Shown: positions 41,197-54,484 of the stretch, piece after piece
Position numbering within the stretch: the stretch's first letter is position 1
Layout: every line of letters starts with the position of its first letter
Assembly: GCA_951406725.2 (NCBI GenBank)
Contig: OX597834.1
Span: 22,134,001-22,198,000, forward strand
DNA length: 64,000 nt
Origin: Octopus vulgaris
Lineage: Eukaryota
Reading direction: 5' to 3'
Notes under the pieces: generated by a model
What the model saw: only the letters and a program-made list of their open reading frames with translations
Database searches by the model: none
What the model was told of the DNA's origin: nothing
Position numbers and translations under genes: made by a program

Positions 41197-41575
41197 AGGC
41201 ACAGGAGTGGCTGTGTGGTAAGAAGCTTGCTTCCCAACCACATGGTTCTGGGTTCAGCCCCACTGCATGGCACCTTGGGCAACTATCTTCTACTATTGCC
41301 TTGGGCTGACCAAAGCCTTGTGAGTGGATTTGGTAGACTGAAACTGAAAGAAGCTCGTTTTAAATATATGTTTGTGTCCCCACCACCACCACCATCGCTT
41401 GACAACTGATGTTTCTTTGTTTACGTCCCTGTAACTTAGTGGTTCAGCAAAAGAGCCTGACGAATAAGTACTAGGCTTACAAATTATAAGTCTTGGAGTC
41501 AGTTTGTTCCACTAAAGGTGGGGCTCCAGCATGGCCACAGTCAAATGACTGAAACAAGTAAAAGAGTAAAAGAGA
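41197..41575 (+). mobile_element. SINE family A, full length
   Basis: Consensus head and tail present. Confidence 0.88.
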
Positions 41576-41805
41576 GTAGCGACACAAGTGCAAGATGAAA
41601 GATTCTTAAGTATAATGACAAATATTTGATTCTATTTTCTTTTATTTTTATTAAATTTCATTCCATTTCCTTGGAAATTTTGATAATATTCTTTACCAAT
41701 AAGTAAATATATTAAGGAATAATGCCTTCATTTCTTCTGACTAAGCTTATTATTATTATCTACGCATGCACTTACTCCAACACATAAAGCAGCTTCAGCC
41801 TACAC

Positions 41806-42548
41806 CAGTCATTTACAACTAGGGTCCACATGACCTGTGGAGGCCCGTATGAGATTTTGTTGTTAAAATTTATCTCTATATATATAAAGCTGAAGTTGTC
41901 TGTGTATGGCAGGTTTGGTAGCCTTCAACTAACACTATCTCCTCCGAGACCCTGCGGTGCAAGTTGACCAAAATTGAGAGTATGATAGAAGAAGGCTTGC
42001 TCTTCATTCCGTAGAAGATAAAATTCAAATCGGACCATGTTTACACCAAAAATTATTTACATCAAAAAGGTGCTTTTTTTTCTATGAAAATCCCTATTTT
42101 TTACAATTTTTTGACTGCTGTGTCGCCATTTTTCGGTGTATTTCAAGCAGAAAAATGTTCACTTAAAAAGACTAACAAGCTACATAATGCAAAATTTTTA
42201 CTTTTCAAAAATTCCAATTCTAAAGGGTTGAAACAAACCCAAGCAACGCCGGGCGATACTGCTAGTAAGCAATAAATTGTTTATACTTCAACAAACACCA
42301 AATGTTTTTAACAATTTTTTTTAAAATACATTTCCGGCTAATATATAATAGTAAAAAATATAATACGGTTTTTTAAACATCGAATGGTTATGAGAGTCTA
42401 CCTGAATAAAATAGGGATCAAAGGTGTCCATAGGGGGAAAATGGTTGGGAACCACAAAGTTAAAGCCCCTTGAATAGATATGAGAGTCCACCTTGGTGAA
42501 ATAGAAATCAAAGGGATCCACAGGTAAAAAAAGGGTTGAGAATCACTG
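41806..42548. mobile_element. hAT (Charlie-like) non-autonomous element
   Basis: TIRs CAGTCATTTACAAC / GTTGAGAATCACTG and an 8-bp TSD with one mismatch, GCCTACAC (41798-41805) / GTCTACAC (42549-42556). Confidence 0.75.
41873..42265 (+). mobile_element. Non-autonomous Helitron nested in the hAT element
   Basis: A|TCTCTATATATATAAAG ... CCCAAGCAACGCCGGGCGATACTGCTAG|T. Confidence 0.85.
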
Positions 42549-43350
42549 GTCTACACTATTTCTACTCGTATGTTAGATTAAGAATTAGTCTGTGGAATAC
42601 GCAACCACTTCTGATTAAAACAAAAGGTAGTTCACTGAACTAAACAATTGTTATATCCTTATCAGTGAAACTGGTGTACACAGTTTCACTTTAAGTTAAA
42701 GTTTCTCTGTGAAGGGATTTTTTTTTTTTTTGCTTCATATTTTAACAATCATTTAAATTGTTTTCACAATAATAAAAACTAAATTAAATTAGAACTTTCT
42801 CATTTTTTTTGCAAGAAAATCATTTCTAAGATCTAATTTGAGAATTATTTTTCAGACCTGTTAAAACTTTGTCCTTTTTTTGTTTTAATTTAATTTTATT
42901 TCATTTTATTGTTTATTTTTCTCCAAATTTCTTTAAACAAAAACAAAGGATTTTTTTTTAATGTTTAAGTGCTGTCTCCTGATTCTTTAGGAACTTTGAT
43001 ATTTATTTATTTTAAAAACCAAAAAACAAACAAAAGAAAATACTATTTGGAAGAAGAAAGACTGTGCAGTCTATTTATTTAGATTTTAGTTTTTAAGTCA
43101 TTTTGCATCAACTTAGGTGCACTGTTGCACCACTTAATGCAATTTTTCTCTGTTCTTCAGTTTTTGGTGATTTCAGATTTTTCATTTTTTTTTCCTTCAT
43201 TTTCTTTTTCTTTATTTTTATAAATAACAATAATTGTTTTGTGCAATGAAAACCTCGATAAAATAATTTCTTGTCTGAATATTTATTGTACTTATGATTG
43301 GCACTTGTAGCTATTGTCTTTTTGTCTTTGTCTATCAATCAGTATACCTG

Positions 43351-43396
<46 letters not shown>

Positions 43397-43723
43397 CATC
43401 TATTGGTCAATATATCTGTCTGTTTATCTATTTACCTATCTATCCATCTAGTTACGTTATCTATCCCCATGGTGTGTCTCTCTACATATTTACCCATCAA
43501 TCTGCCTGTCTATATTTTTAGCCATCCAGCCATCACTCTCTCTCTCTCTCTCTCCCTATATATATATATATATATATATCTAGCACCCAACCCATCTCTA
43601 ATGTGCATTTGAAAGCTTTTACCGCATAAAATATAAAACCTAATCATAAAGTCTTCATACATCACAATATAAATGGAATTGCTATGTCTAGTCACTTCTT
43701 CCATGATCATTGCCACAGGGCAG

Positions 43724-43803
<80 letters not shown>

Positions 43804-43969
43804 CATCAGCATCATCATAATCATTTAATGTCCGTTTTCCATGCTAGCATGGGTTGGCCGGTTCGACCGGGGTCTGGTAAGCCATGTATATATATATAAT
43901 AATAATAATAATATATATATAATAATATATATATATATATTATTATTATTATTTTTATTATTATTATTA

Positions 43970-44130
43970 TGTTCTGAGTTCAAATTCCACCAAGGTTGAC
44001 TTTGTCTTTCATCCTTTCAGGGTCAATGAAATAAGTACCAGTCAAGTACTGGGGTCGATATAATAGACTGTCCCCTCCCCCCAAATTTCAGGCCTTGTGC
44101 CTATAGTAGAAAGGATCATCATCATCATCA

Positions 44131-44167
<37 letters not shown>

Positions 44168-45006
44168 GGCAGCAAGCTAGCAGAATTGTTAGCACGCAGG
44201 GCAAAATGCTTATGCTTAGTGACATTTCGTCTGTCTTCATATTCTGAGTTCAAACTCCACCAAGGTCACCTTTGACTTTCATCCTTTCAGGCTCAATAAA
44301 CTAAGTACCAGTGAAACACTGGGGGGGGGGGGTCAATGCAATCAACTTGTCCCCACCCCCCAAATTTCAGTCCCTGTGCCTTTAGTAGAAAGGATTATTA
44401 TTATCATTATTATTATTATTATTATTATTATTAAAGGCGGTGAGCTGGTAGAATCATTACTGTGCTGGGCAGCATGCTTAGTGGCATTTCGAGTTCAAAT
44501 TCTGCCAAGGTCGACTTTACCTTTCATCCCTTCAGGGCCAATAGATTTAGTTCCAGTTGAACTCTGGTGTCGATGTAATCAACTCAACCCTTCCCCCCGA
44601 AATTGCCGGCCCTGTGCCATAATTTGAAACCCATGCTTAAAAAGCATTTCTTCCAGCTTTTACAATCTGAGTTCAAATTCCACCGAGGTCAACTTTTCCT
44701 TTCATCCTTTTAGGGGTCAATGTTGTTGACTAACCCCCTCCCCACAAAATTTCGGTGATGAGCAGGCGGAATTGTTCGCACACCAGGCAAAATGCTTATC
44801 TGCATTTCTTCTGGGGTTGATGTAATTGACTAACCCTAAAGTTTTATCTCTTGTGCCTATATTAAAAAAGGAATATTATTATTATTATTATTATTATGAG
44901 TTCGACTGCGTGGCACCTTGGGCAAGTGTCTTCTACTATAGCCTCGGGCCGACCAAAGCCTTGTGAGTGGATTTGGTATACGGAAACTGAAAAGAAGCCC
45001 ATCGTA

Positions 45007-45056
<50 letters not shown>

Positions 45057-45285
45057 TGTATGTGTTTGTGTGTCTGTGTTTGTCCCCCTAGCATTGCTTG
45101 ACAACAGATGCTGGTGTGTTTATGTCCCCATTACTTAGTGGTTCGGCAAAAGAGACCGATAGAATAAGTACTGGGCTTACAAAAAAAAAGATTAAATCCC
45201 GGGGTCGAGTTGCTCGATTAAAGGCGGTGCTCCAGCATGGCCACAGTCAAATGACTGAAACAAGTAAAAGAGAGTAAAATAGAGT
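43970..45285 (+). mobile_element. SINE B cluster followed by a 5'-truncated SINE A (44905-45285)
   Basis: Family motifs with (ATT)n spacers. Confidence 0.75.
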
Positions 45286-46613
45286 AATTATTATTGGAGA
45301 ATTTTGCAATTTCTTTCCTCTTTAGTAGATTTTTAATTGGTCTTCTCAGAAGATATGTGTTCAATATCTTGGTTAGTATCTGGAAGTATCAGAAGAATAA
45401 ATTACATATACCAGATACTGAAGGCCTGTCTTAATAATTACGACAGGGCAAGCGAGAGAGAGGGAGAGATAGAGAGATTCAAATGACACAATCTTTACAT
45501 GGTCATTCATGTTGCTAGAAATAACAGTCAAATCTTCTTCCATTCACTTCGTTTCATCTTCAAACTATAGTCTGAGATTATATAAAGATGAAAATGAAGG
45601 AAAAGAAAACACCTCAAAAACGCAGGATGGTCAAAGGTGGAATGCCTTTGATTGAGGAGGCTGCCTAGGGCTAAAAAACTGGAGAGAGAGAGAGAGGGGG
45701 GAATAAAAGGAATCTGCTCCTTACAATAATACAGTATTTGTACATCTGGATGTGGTGGTGGTGATAGTAGTGGTGCTAGTAGTAGTAGTAGTGGGAGTGG
45801 CAGTCACAGTAGTAGTAGCTATGTTAATAGTAATGGTAGTGACAGTAGTAGTATTAGTAGTAGTAGTTATATTGCTGGTGTGTGTATATAAGCAAAAGGA
45901 TCAAGAGAAGCTGATGGAGCGGAATGGATGGAAAGGCTGAGATGGCGATGGTGATGGTGGTGGTGGTGGCTAGAAGGGTGAAGTGGTAGTGGTCGTCGTG
46001 GGTGGGGGGAGGTGTTTTCAAGGAATCTATAACCAAAAATGGAAGCCATCCAAATAAATATAATATTGCCAACCAAATAAAATGGACTAAACTTCTGCAA
46101 GAGTGCAGCAGTTGGCAAAAACATTGACTTGTATTGCATTATTTCATTTGGTGGTGCTCATCATCATCATCATTATTATTATTATTATTATTATTATATC
46201 ATTATTATTGTTGTTGTTTTTTTTTTTTCTAATGAGAATTAACCCCCCTTCTCTCCTGTTCCTACTCCCTCCTACTGCTCCTCCTCCTCCTCGGCTTCGA
46301 TCCCCCCTCCCCTATTGCTGCACCTCGCCCTCATCCTCCCACACAGACGCACCACTGCTACCACTATTTCTCTGTAATAAAAGTTTGCTGTGTGATCACT
46401 GAATGCTGCTAAAATACAAAGATATCTAATTAACATAAATTTAACCACACCGCAATCTCTGTTCCGTTTCCTCTCATTTTGTTTTGTTCTTTTTATTTTA
46501 TTCGTTTATATATTTTTGTTTTTTGCTCAGTATCTCGTTGCAGGTTTATTAATTTATTAATTTTTCCTGCAGTAAAAAAAATAATAAAAAGATTTTGGAA
46601 AATACATATATAT

Positions 46614-47001
46614 AGGCACAGGAATGACTGTGTGGCAAGTAGCTTGCTTACCAACCACATGGTTCCGGGTTCAGTCCCACTGCGTGGCATGTTGGGTAAG
46701 TGTCTTCTGCGATAGCCTCGGGCCGACCAAAGCCTTGTGAGTGGATTTGGTAGACGGAAACTGAAAGAAGCCCGTCGTATGTATATATATATATATGTGT
46801 TTGTGTGTCTGTGTTTGTCCTCCCAACATCGCTTGACAACTGATGCTGGTGTGTTCATGTCCCCGTAACTTAGCAGTTCGGCAAAAGAGACCAATAGAAC
46901 AAGTACTAGGCTGACAAAGAATAAGTCCTGGGGTCGATTTGCTCAACTACAGGCGGTGCTCCAGCATGGCCACAGTCAAATGACTGAAACAAGTAAAAGA
47001 G
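46614..47001 (+). mobile_element. SINE family A, full length
   Basis: Consensus head and tail present. Confidence 0.9.
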
Positions 47002-47611
47002 TATATATACATCTGTAGATGCAGGCATGGCTGTGTGGTAACAAGTTTGCTTCCCAACCACGTGGTACTAGGTTCAGTCCATGTATAACATACTCCTTCC
47101 CCGTCCCATATCAAGTTAGTGTTTGAACCCTTCATTGGCCCCTTTTCCCTCATCCCATCTCCTCCATTACACTCTGAGTGAGTGCTGTATAGCTATACCC
47201 TCATCTTTTTTAACCTTTTACTATTTAAACTGACCATATCTGGCCAAAATGTCCTACTTGCTTTATGTTCTGACTGACCAGATGTGGCCCCTCATACCTG
47301 TCCTACAATATCATTCTAAAAATAAACTGCTCCATCATAAAAACTATGAATCTGAGAGATAATGCATTGTTAATTCAAAACGTGGATAAATAAGGATCAC
47401 ATTTGACAGAATAATCTGTAATGCTGAAAGGTTAAATTAAAATTGATATATAGGGAGAATTTACGAAAAAAATAACAAAAGATGAAGACAGGTGGTGTAC
47501 AAAACAAACATGTATTAGTATAATGCTCAGGAATAGAAAAAGTCTTTTACGTTTCAAGCCTACACTCTTCTACAGAAAGGGACACAGAAAAAACAAGGAG
47601 AGGAAAAAATT

Positions 47612-48085
47612 GATGCCGGTGGCACGTAAAAAGCACCCACTACACTCTTGGAGTGGTTGGCATTAGGAAGGGCATCCAGCTGTAGAAACTCTGCCAAATC
47701 AAGATTGGAGCCTGGTGCAACCATCTGGTTCACCAGCCCTCAGTCAAAATCGTCCAACCCATGCTAGCATGGAAAGCGGATGTTAAACGATGATGATGAT
47801 GTGTAGTACTAGAGTAGACCTGTCCTTCACAGCAGAAATGTTAAGGCCACTATTCATGGTGAAGAGGATTAGCCTGCAAGGATTGTATGTCGGTGCCATG
47901 TCAAAAGTGCTGGGGCAGTGTCACGTTAAAAGCACCCAGCACACACTGTAAAGTGGTTGGCATTAGGAAGGGCACCCAGCTGTAGAAACCAAACCAAAGC
48001 AGACTGGAACCTGATACTGCTCTCTAGCTTGCTAACAATGGTCAAACTATCCGACCCATGCCAGGATGGAAAACGGACGCTCGAG
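47612..48085 (+). mobile_element. Two SINE family C copies
   Basis: GTGGTTGGCATTAGGAAGGGCA(T/C)CCAGCTGTAGAAAC present twice. Confidence 0.75.
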
Positions 48086-48129
48086 GAAGAGGAGGAGGAG
48101 GAGTATTTCATTGGCTCCTCTCCCACGCA

Positions 48130-48655
48130 CCCGATAAAACTTAACGAGCGTTTTGTTAGCTTGGCCACCCTCGTGCACAGTCCCACCCTGAATCCACCTG
48201 CTGGGTTAGAATCAGTGTGTATTGTGTAAGTGTAGCCACCCGTTTGTTGAATTAAAATTGACGAGCGCTTAATTGGCTCCTCACCCCCTCACTTCCTCCC
48301 ACACATGTACACACAATCATACTTAAGTTAAGATTAATGAGCGTTTTGTTATCTTATCTCCCCCCACACACACACAATCGTTAAGTTAAAATTAACGAGC
48401 ATCTCATTAGCATTCCACCACACACACGCGATACTAAGTTAAAATTAACAAGTGTTTTGTTATCTTCTTGCCCCCACCTCGTCTCCCCCCCTGCCGCACA
48501 CACACACATACCATAATGCTAATTTAAAAGTAACGAGCATTTCATTACCTTCCCCACACATGTATTACCAGGTTACAATTAACGAGTGTCTCATCAGCTT
48601 ACCCTCCACCCACATGCCCTAACATGGTGAATTAAAATTAACAAAGCTTTTGTGT
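48130..48655. repeat. Degenerate minisatellite (AAGTTAAAATTAACGAGC core, about 8 units)
   Basis: Core recurs near 48137, 48251, 48325, 48383, 48436, 48521, 48571 and 48630. Confidence 0.75.
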
Positions 48656-48781
48656 GTTTTTATTAATATACCCATACTGCAAAATTAAAAATTCTTCCAG
48701 CTGGAGAGAAAAACACTCCAAAGATTTTTTTCAAATATTCTGCCCATCCACTAGGGGCATATTTCAGGATCATATTTATTG

Positions 48782-49237
48782 GTGCAGGCATGGCTGTGTG
48801 GTAAGAAGTTTATTTCCCAACCACATGGTTTCAGGTTCAGTCCCACTGCCTGCCACCTTGGGCAAGTGTCTTCTACTAAAGCCTTGTGAGTGGATTTGAT
48901 AGAACAGAAACTGAGAGAAACCCACCATATATATATATATATATATATATATGACACGTAAGCGAACTATCCGAGCGTGGCTGTTGCCAGCCTCGCCTGG
49001 CCCCCGTGCCAGTGGCATGTAAAAAGCACCATCCGACCGTGGCCATTTGCCAGCCCCGTCTGGCACGTAAAAAGCAACCACTACACTCACGGAGTGGTTG
49101 GCTTTCGGAAGGGCATCCAGCCGTAGAAACATTGCCAGATCAGACTGGGCCTGGTGCAGCCTTCTGGCTTCCCAGACACCAGCTGAACCGTCCAACCCAT
49201 GCTAGCATGGAAAGCGGATGCTAAATGATGATGATGA

Positions 49238-49272
<35 letters not shown>

Positions 49273-49460
49273 ATGTGTGTGTGTGTTTCTTTATGACTGT
49301 GTTTGTCCTCTACCACCACCTGACAAACATTGTTGGTTTGTTTGTGTCCCCATCCAGGCTTAAAAAAAATAATTACTGGAGTCAATTCATTCAACTAAAT
49401 AGTCTTCAAGGTGGTGCCCCAGCATGGCAGCAATCTAATCGCTGAATCAAATGAAAGGCA
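48782..49460 (+). mobile_element. SINE A with a SINE C (48955-49240) inserted in its internal (TA)n
   Basis: Order is A 5' half, C copy with (GAT)n tail, A 3' half. Confidence 0.7.
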
Positions 49461-50185
49461 AATGATGAAAAATTGCCCCATGGGCTTGACACCCTTCAGT
49501 AACCAGAGGCGATGAGGAGCCCAAGAAAAACTGCGGATGTTTCTGATTGAGATAAAGATCAGTTCAGCTTAAAACATACCATGGCATGACATGACATGTG
49601 TCTTGGAACATATCGCAAAGTATTGATTCCTCATTATCATCATCATCAGTCGATTGATTGATCTGTCGATCAATCAACTTTGAAAAGATCGTCACCATGC
49701 GAAATATCAAGAATATGTTATTTCTCTGTTAAATTGAACACATCGCCCTGCTCACTGCCATACCCCCACCACTGCCACTACAACCACCACACACTCTCAC
49801 TCACACTCACGCCCCGACCAAGCTACCACTACCATCAGCACTGCTAATAACTCCCCTCCCGCCTCCCCCTCCAACCTTTTTCTGATGCTGTTCTCTTTTT
49901 CATTCATTGTGCAGTTTCTAATTGCACAATAGTGAATTGCAATTTAAAACATTGAACTTTTAAAATATTTTAAAACCAAAAATGAGATTTTTTTTTCTTT
50001 TTTTACTGATTACAGTCTTTTAATATATTTTTTAAAATTTAAAAATTTTTATTAATTAATTTATCTTTTTTTTTATTTCTGCAAATTAATTAAATTAAAA
50101 TTATGCTGTAAATGTCATTATATATATATATATACACATGAATATATGTACATGTATCTATCTAATATATGTATACACATGTATG

Positions 50186-50249
<64 letters not shown>

Positions 50250-50627
50250 CATGTATGTATATATATATATATATACACACACATGTATGTATATATATAT
50301 ATATACATACATACATATATATGTACACACATGCATGTACATGTATGTATATATACACAGACATGTGTGGCTTTTTGGGGAGGGGTTTCCAAAATAAACG
50401 GAAAAATCAAAATTCAGAAATTTTGATGATAATAACTCGAAACTTGTTCTTGGATTAAAATATTCAAGAATATTTTATTGATTTATCATTTATGTAAACT
50501 TATTTCTTTAATTTCCTTCTTTTTTTTTAATGCTTAACTTTAGTTAATCTTATATTTGCTGTTTTCAATCTGACCATTCCACTTTGGCCACTCCCCACTT
50601 TTTATATTTAATTATTCGTATATTAAT

Positions 50628-50807
50628 AGGCACTGACATGGTTGTGTGGTTAAGAAACCTGCTTCCCAACCAATGTGGTCTTCAGTTCAGTCCCATTGCG
50701 TGGCACCTTGGGGAATTGTCTTCTACTATAGCCCTAGGTCAACCAAAGACTTGCGAGTGGATTTGGTAGATGGAAACTGAAAGAAGCCCGTCGTATATCT
50801 AAATGTA

Positions 50808-50840
<33 letters not shown>

Positions 50841-51045
50841 GTACATGTGTCTGTATTTGTCCTCACCGTCCTCGCTTGACGACCGGTGTTGGTGTGTTTA
50901 TGTCCTTGTGATCTAGCGGTTCAGCAAAAGAAATCAATAGAATAAGTACCAGGCTTTAAAAAAAGTACATTCAACTATAAATTCTTCAAGCTGGTGCCCC
51001 AGCATGGCTGCTATTTAATAACTGAAACAAGCAAAAGATAAAAGA
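50628..51045 (+). mobile_element. SINE family A
   Basis: Consensus motifs present. Confidence 0.8.
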
Positions 51046-53370
51046 TAGATAGACAGATAGATATTGCTGTAGATGTGCGTGGTGTTGGTTTATTTACATC
51101 CCTGTAACATTATAAAGTGACCAATGGAATAAGTGTCAGGCCTTAAAAATACAAAGGCGAGTACTGGGCTTGATTTGTCCAACTAGAAAGTTTCAAGACG
51201 GTGCTCCAGCATGGCCCAGTCCAAAACACTGAAACCAGTAAAAGATACAAATATATATATATATAGATATGAATATCTGTATTCTAAAATCAAAACCTTT
51301 GATACTATTTCCCGACCCTAACTCACCCCCTGTTAAAATACAGAATCCTTTATTATTATTTATTACAAAAATTTAACAAAAAAAAACCTCTGTTTTCTCC
51401 TTTCCCCCCTCAGACCCACTCGCCTTCCCGCCCTGCATCCTTCTGATCAATTTTGGGATGTTATCTATTGATTTCGTTTGGTACCAACAGATATGTAACT
51501 TTTATGGATTGTCTTAACGCTTGCTGCATGTAAAAATGTCTGCTGGCTGATTGAATTCACGCATCAATCGATGGGGTTTGCAGCGCAGGAAAATTATAAG
51601 TTGCTTATTGAGCCAATAAGTTAAAATGTTTACTTGTGTGTATGTATGTATGTATGTGTGTATCATTTAACATCCATTCAATGATATGTATATAAATATA
51701 TGTATATGTGTAGATCTACATGAATAAATGAATGTAAATGTGTGTACATGTGTATATATAAATATGTATGTATGTATGAGCCAATAAGTCAGAATGTGTG
51801 TGTAACTATGTTTTATGTATATATATATAGTGTGTATGTATATATATGTACGTGTGTGTATGTATGTATATATATCATTTGACATCTGTTAAATATGTAT
51901 ATAAATATGTGTATATCTATAATTAAATGAATGTAAATGTGTGTGTGTATATATATATATGTGTGTGTATATACATATGTATATAATATGTGTATATCTA
52001 TAATTAAATGAATGGAAATGTGTGTGTGTATATATATGTGTGTGTGTGTGTATATATATATATATGTGTGTGTGTATATACATATGTATACATATATGTG
52101 TGTGTTTGTATGTATTATTAGAATCATGAATATTAATGCATAAGCCATATTTCATAATAATCCTTGATCGTTAATTCATAAATTAACTTAGAGAAGATCT
52201 TGGCCATTTTTTGCTATGTTGCAATAAAATTCTGTTGTTTCCAACTCATTTGTTGAGAAGACAGTTGACTTCTCTCACTTGCATTTTCTTTGACAAGAAC
52301 TGTCAGAAGTAAACCTAAATTTGTGGCCCTATAGGCTTCTTTCTGTTTCCATCTACTAAATCCATTGACAAGTGTTTGGTCAGCCCAGGGCTGTAGTTGA
52401 AGATGCTTGTCCAAGGTGCCACACAGTGGGATTGAACCTGGAACCATGTGGTTGGGAACCAAGCTTCTTACCACACAGCCACACCTGTGTTTATGTTCCT
52501 TTAAATGATGATGATGATGATGATGATGATGAATGTGACGTTGATGGCTTCATTGAACAAAGTCAAATATTTAAATAACCAATGTTATTTGTTTTGGCTT
52601 TTTTTGTTTTAATTTTATTCCTTATTTTATTATTTCATTTATTTCTGTACTATTATCACTTTTATTATTATTATTGCTGTTATTTTTCTCTCTCTCTCTT
52701 TTTTTTTTTTTGTCTTTTGAGGGGAGGGGCCTGTGTTTTGTTTTATTGCAGTGTGGTCTTTCTTTTCTCTCCCTCCCTCTCTCTTTCCTTCTCTCTCTCT
52801 CTCTCTCTCTCTCAGTCAAAACCAAATTGGATTATATTTATAAGTTCTTTATGACAATCTATTTAATACAGCTTTTGTTTCCGAAAACATTCGGATATTC
52901 GTTCTGTAATAATTGTTGTCTAAATTTAAAAGTTATTCCTGTCTTATTCCGAGATACCTTGAAAAATGTAAATAGGTCTTTTTTTTTGTTTTTTTCCTTT
53001 TCTTTTTTTCTTTTTTTTTTTTTTTTGGTTTCTTTTTTTTTTATATTAACCACAAATCTTTATTTTCAATTTCCTTGTTTTGCCTTCATTTAATTAACTG
53101 GAAAATTCATTTCAACCCTATTCACCACCACATACACAGAAATAGTCAGGTTTTGTAACAGAGTTTCTATGATTAGCATACTCCCCCTCCCCCCTCCTCC
53201 TCCTCCTCTTTTGTTGCCATTGTTGCAATGGTTTTCGACATACAGTGTGTGTGTGTGTTTGTGTGTGTATGTAAGTAGGATTGAGAGAGAAACAGAGACA
53301 GGTTCTTGTGTATATATGTGTGTTGTATGTAAATATATATACATTATGTTATATATTATATATATTATGA

Positions 53371-53406
<36 letters not shown>

Positions 53407-54453
53407 GTATATTATGTATATGATGTATGGATGTTAAATGATAATGATGGTGATAAATGCTATATTATATACATATGTGCATATATATCACCATCATCAT
53501 CATTTAATGCCCGTTGTCCATGCTGGCATGGGTTGAACGGTTTGACTTGACTGGCATGCTGGAAGGCCGCACCAGGATCCAGTCTGATTTGACGTGGTTT
53601 TCTATGGCTGGATGCCCTTCCTAACACCAACCACTCTGAGAGTATAATGGGTTCTTTGATGTGCTACCGGCATGGATGTTATTTGTATGTGTGTTTCTCT
53701 CATGTACATGTCTGTGTGTGTTTTGTGTGAGATAAAAGATTCTATGTGTTTAATTTTGGATTTGAATTTGTGTATATATGTATATACATGTGTGTGAGTG
53801 TGTACATGTATGCATTTGTAGAATCAAGGGTTTCCAGTTCAGGCTTAAAGACCAGTACTTAAAAACCATACAATGTCACACTGATACAGCTAAAATTACT
53901 GGTCAGTGATTGACCAAAAGTGACCTTTAAGTTCAAAACCCCAGTTACCAGACACAACACGTACACATCCTCTTGTACTTTTAATCAGGTTTTGCTAATA
54001 CATGCTGTGAAGGTTTTATAGGTATTCTCTCTCTGTCTCACATTTGCACTCCTCCTTGACATTAATTTCTGTTTTGTACAGAAGAAGTATGAAGTCATGA
54101 AGCCATATAACTAATCGCATTGTAATTATAAATTATGTCGTATCAGAGGGTGTTTCGCTGTCGGGGATTTGGCAAAGCTGAGAAATGTCTGAATTACCAA
54201 ACATGAGAAGACATATATATATATATACATACACACATATATATATATATATATATTACTTGAAAACAAAAATTTGTATAAAACAGTCTAAGCAGTAATG
54301 GTTTGCATCTATTCATTTATCTAGAATCATCAGCAGGAAGTTAATCTGTTTTCAGATATAAATGGAAAATAATTATTCAATATACAAGAGTCTAAATTTT
54401 TCAGATTTAATATATGTGTACGTGTTGTGTATATTTAAAACGAAATTTATGTA

Positions 54454-54484
<31 letters not shown>

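Noticed and set aside
48130-48655. CRISPR-like repeat-spacer appearance
   Set aside because: Repeats are degenerate, spacers are low-complexity and variable in length, the context is eukaryotic, and no cas genes are present.
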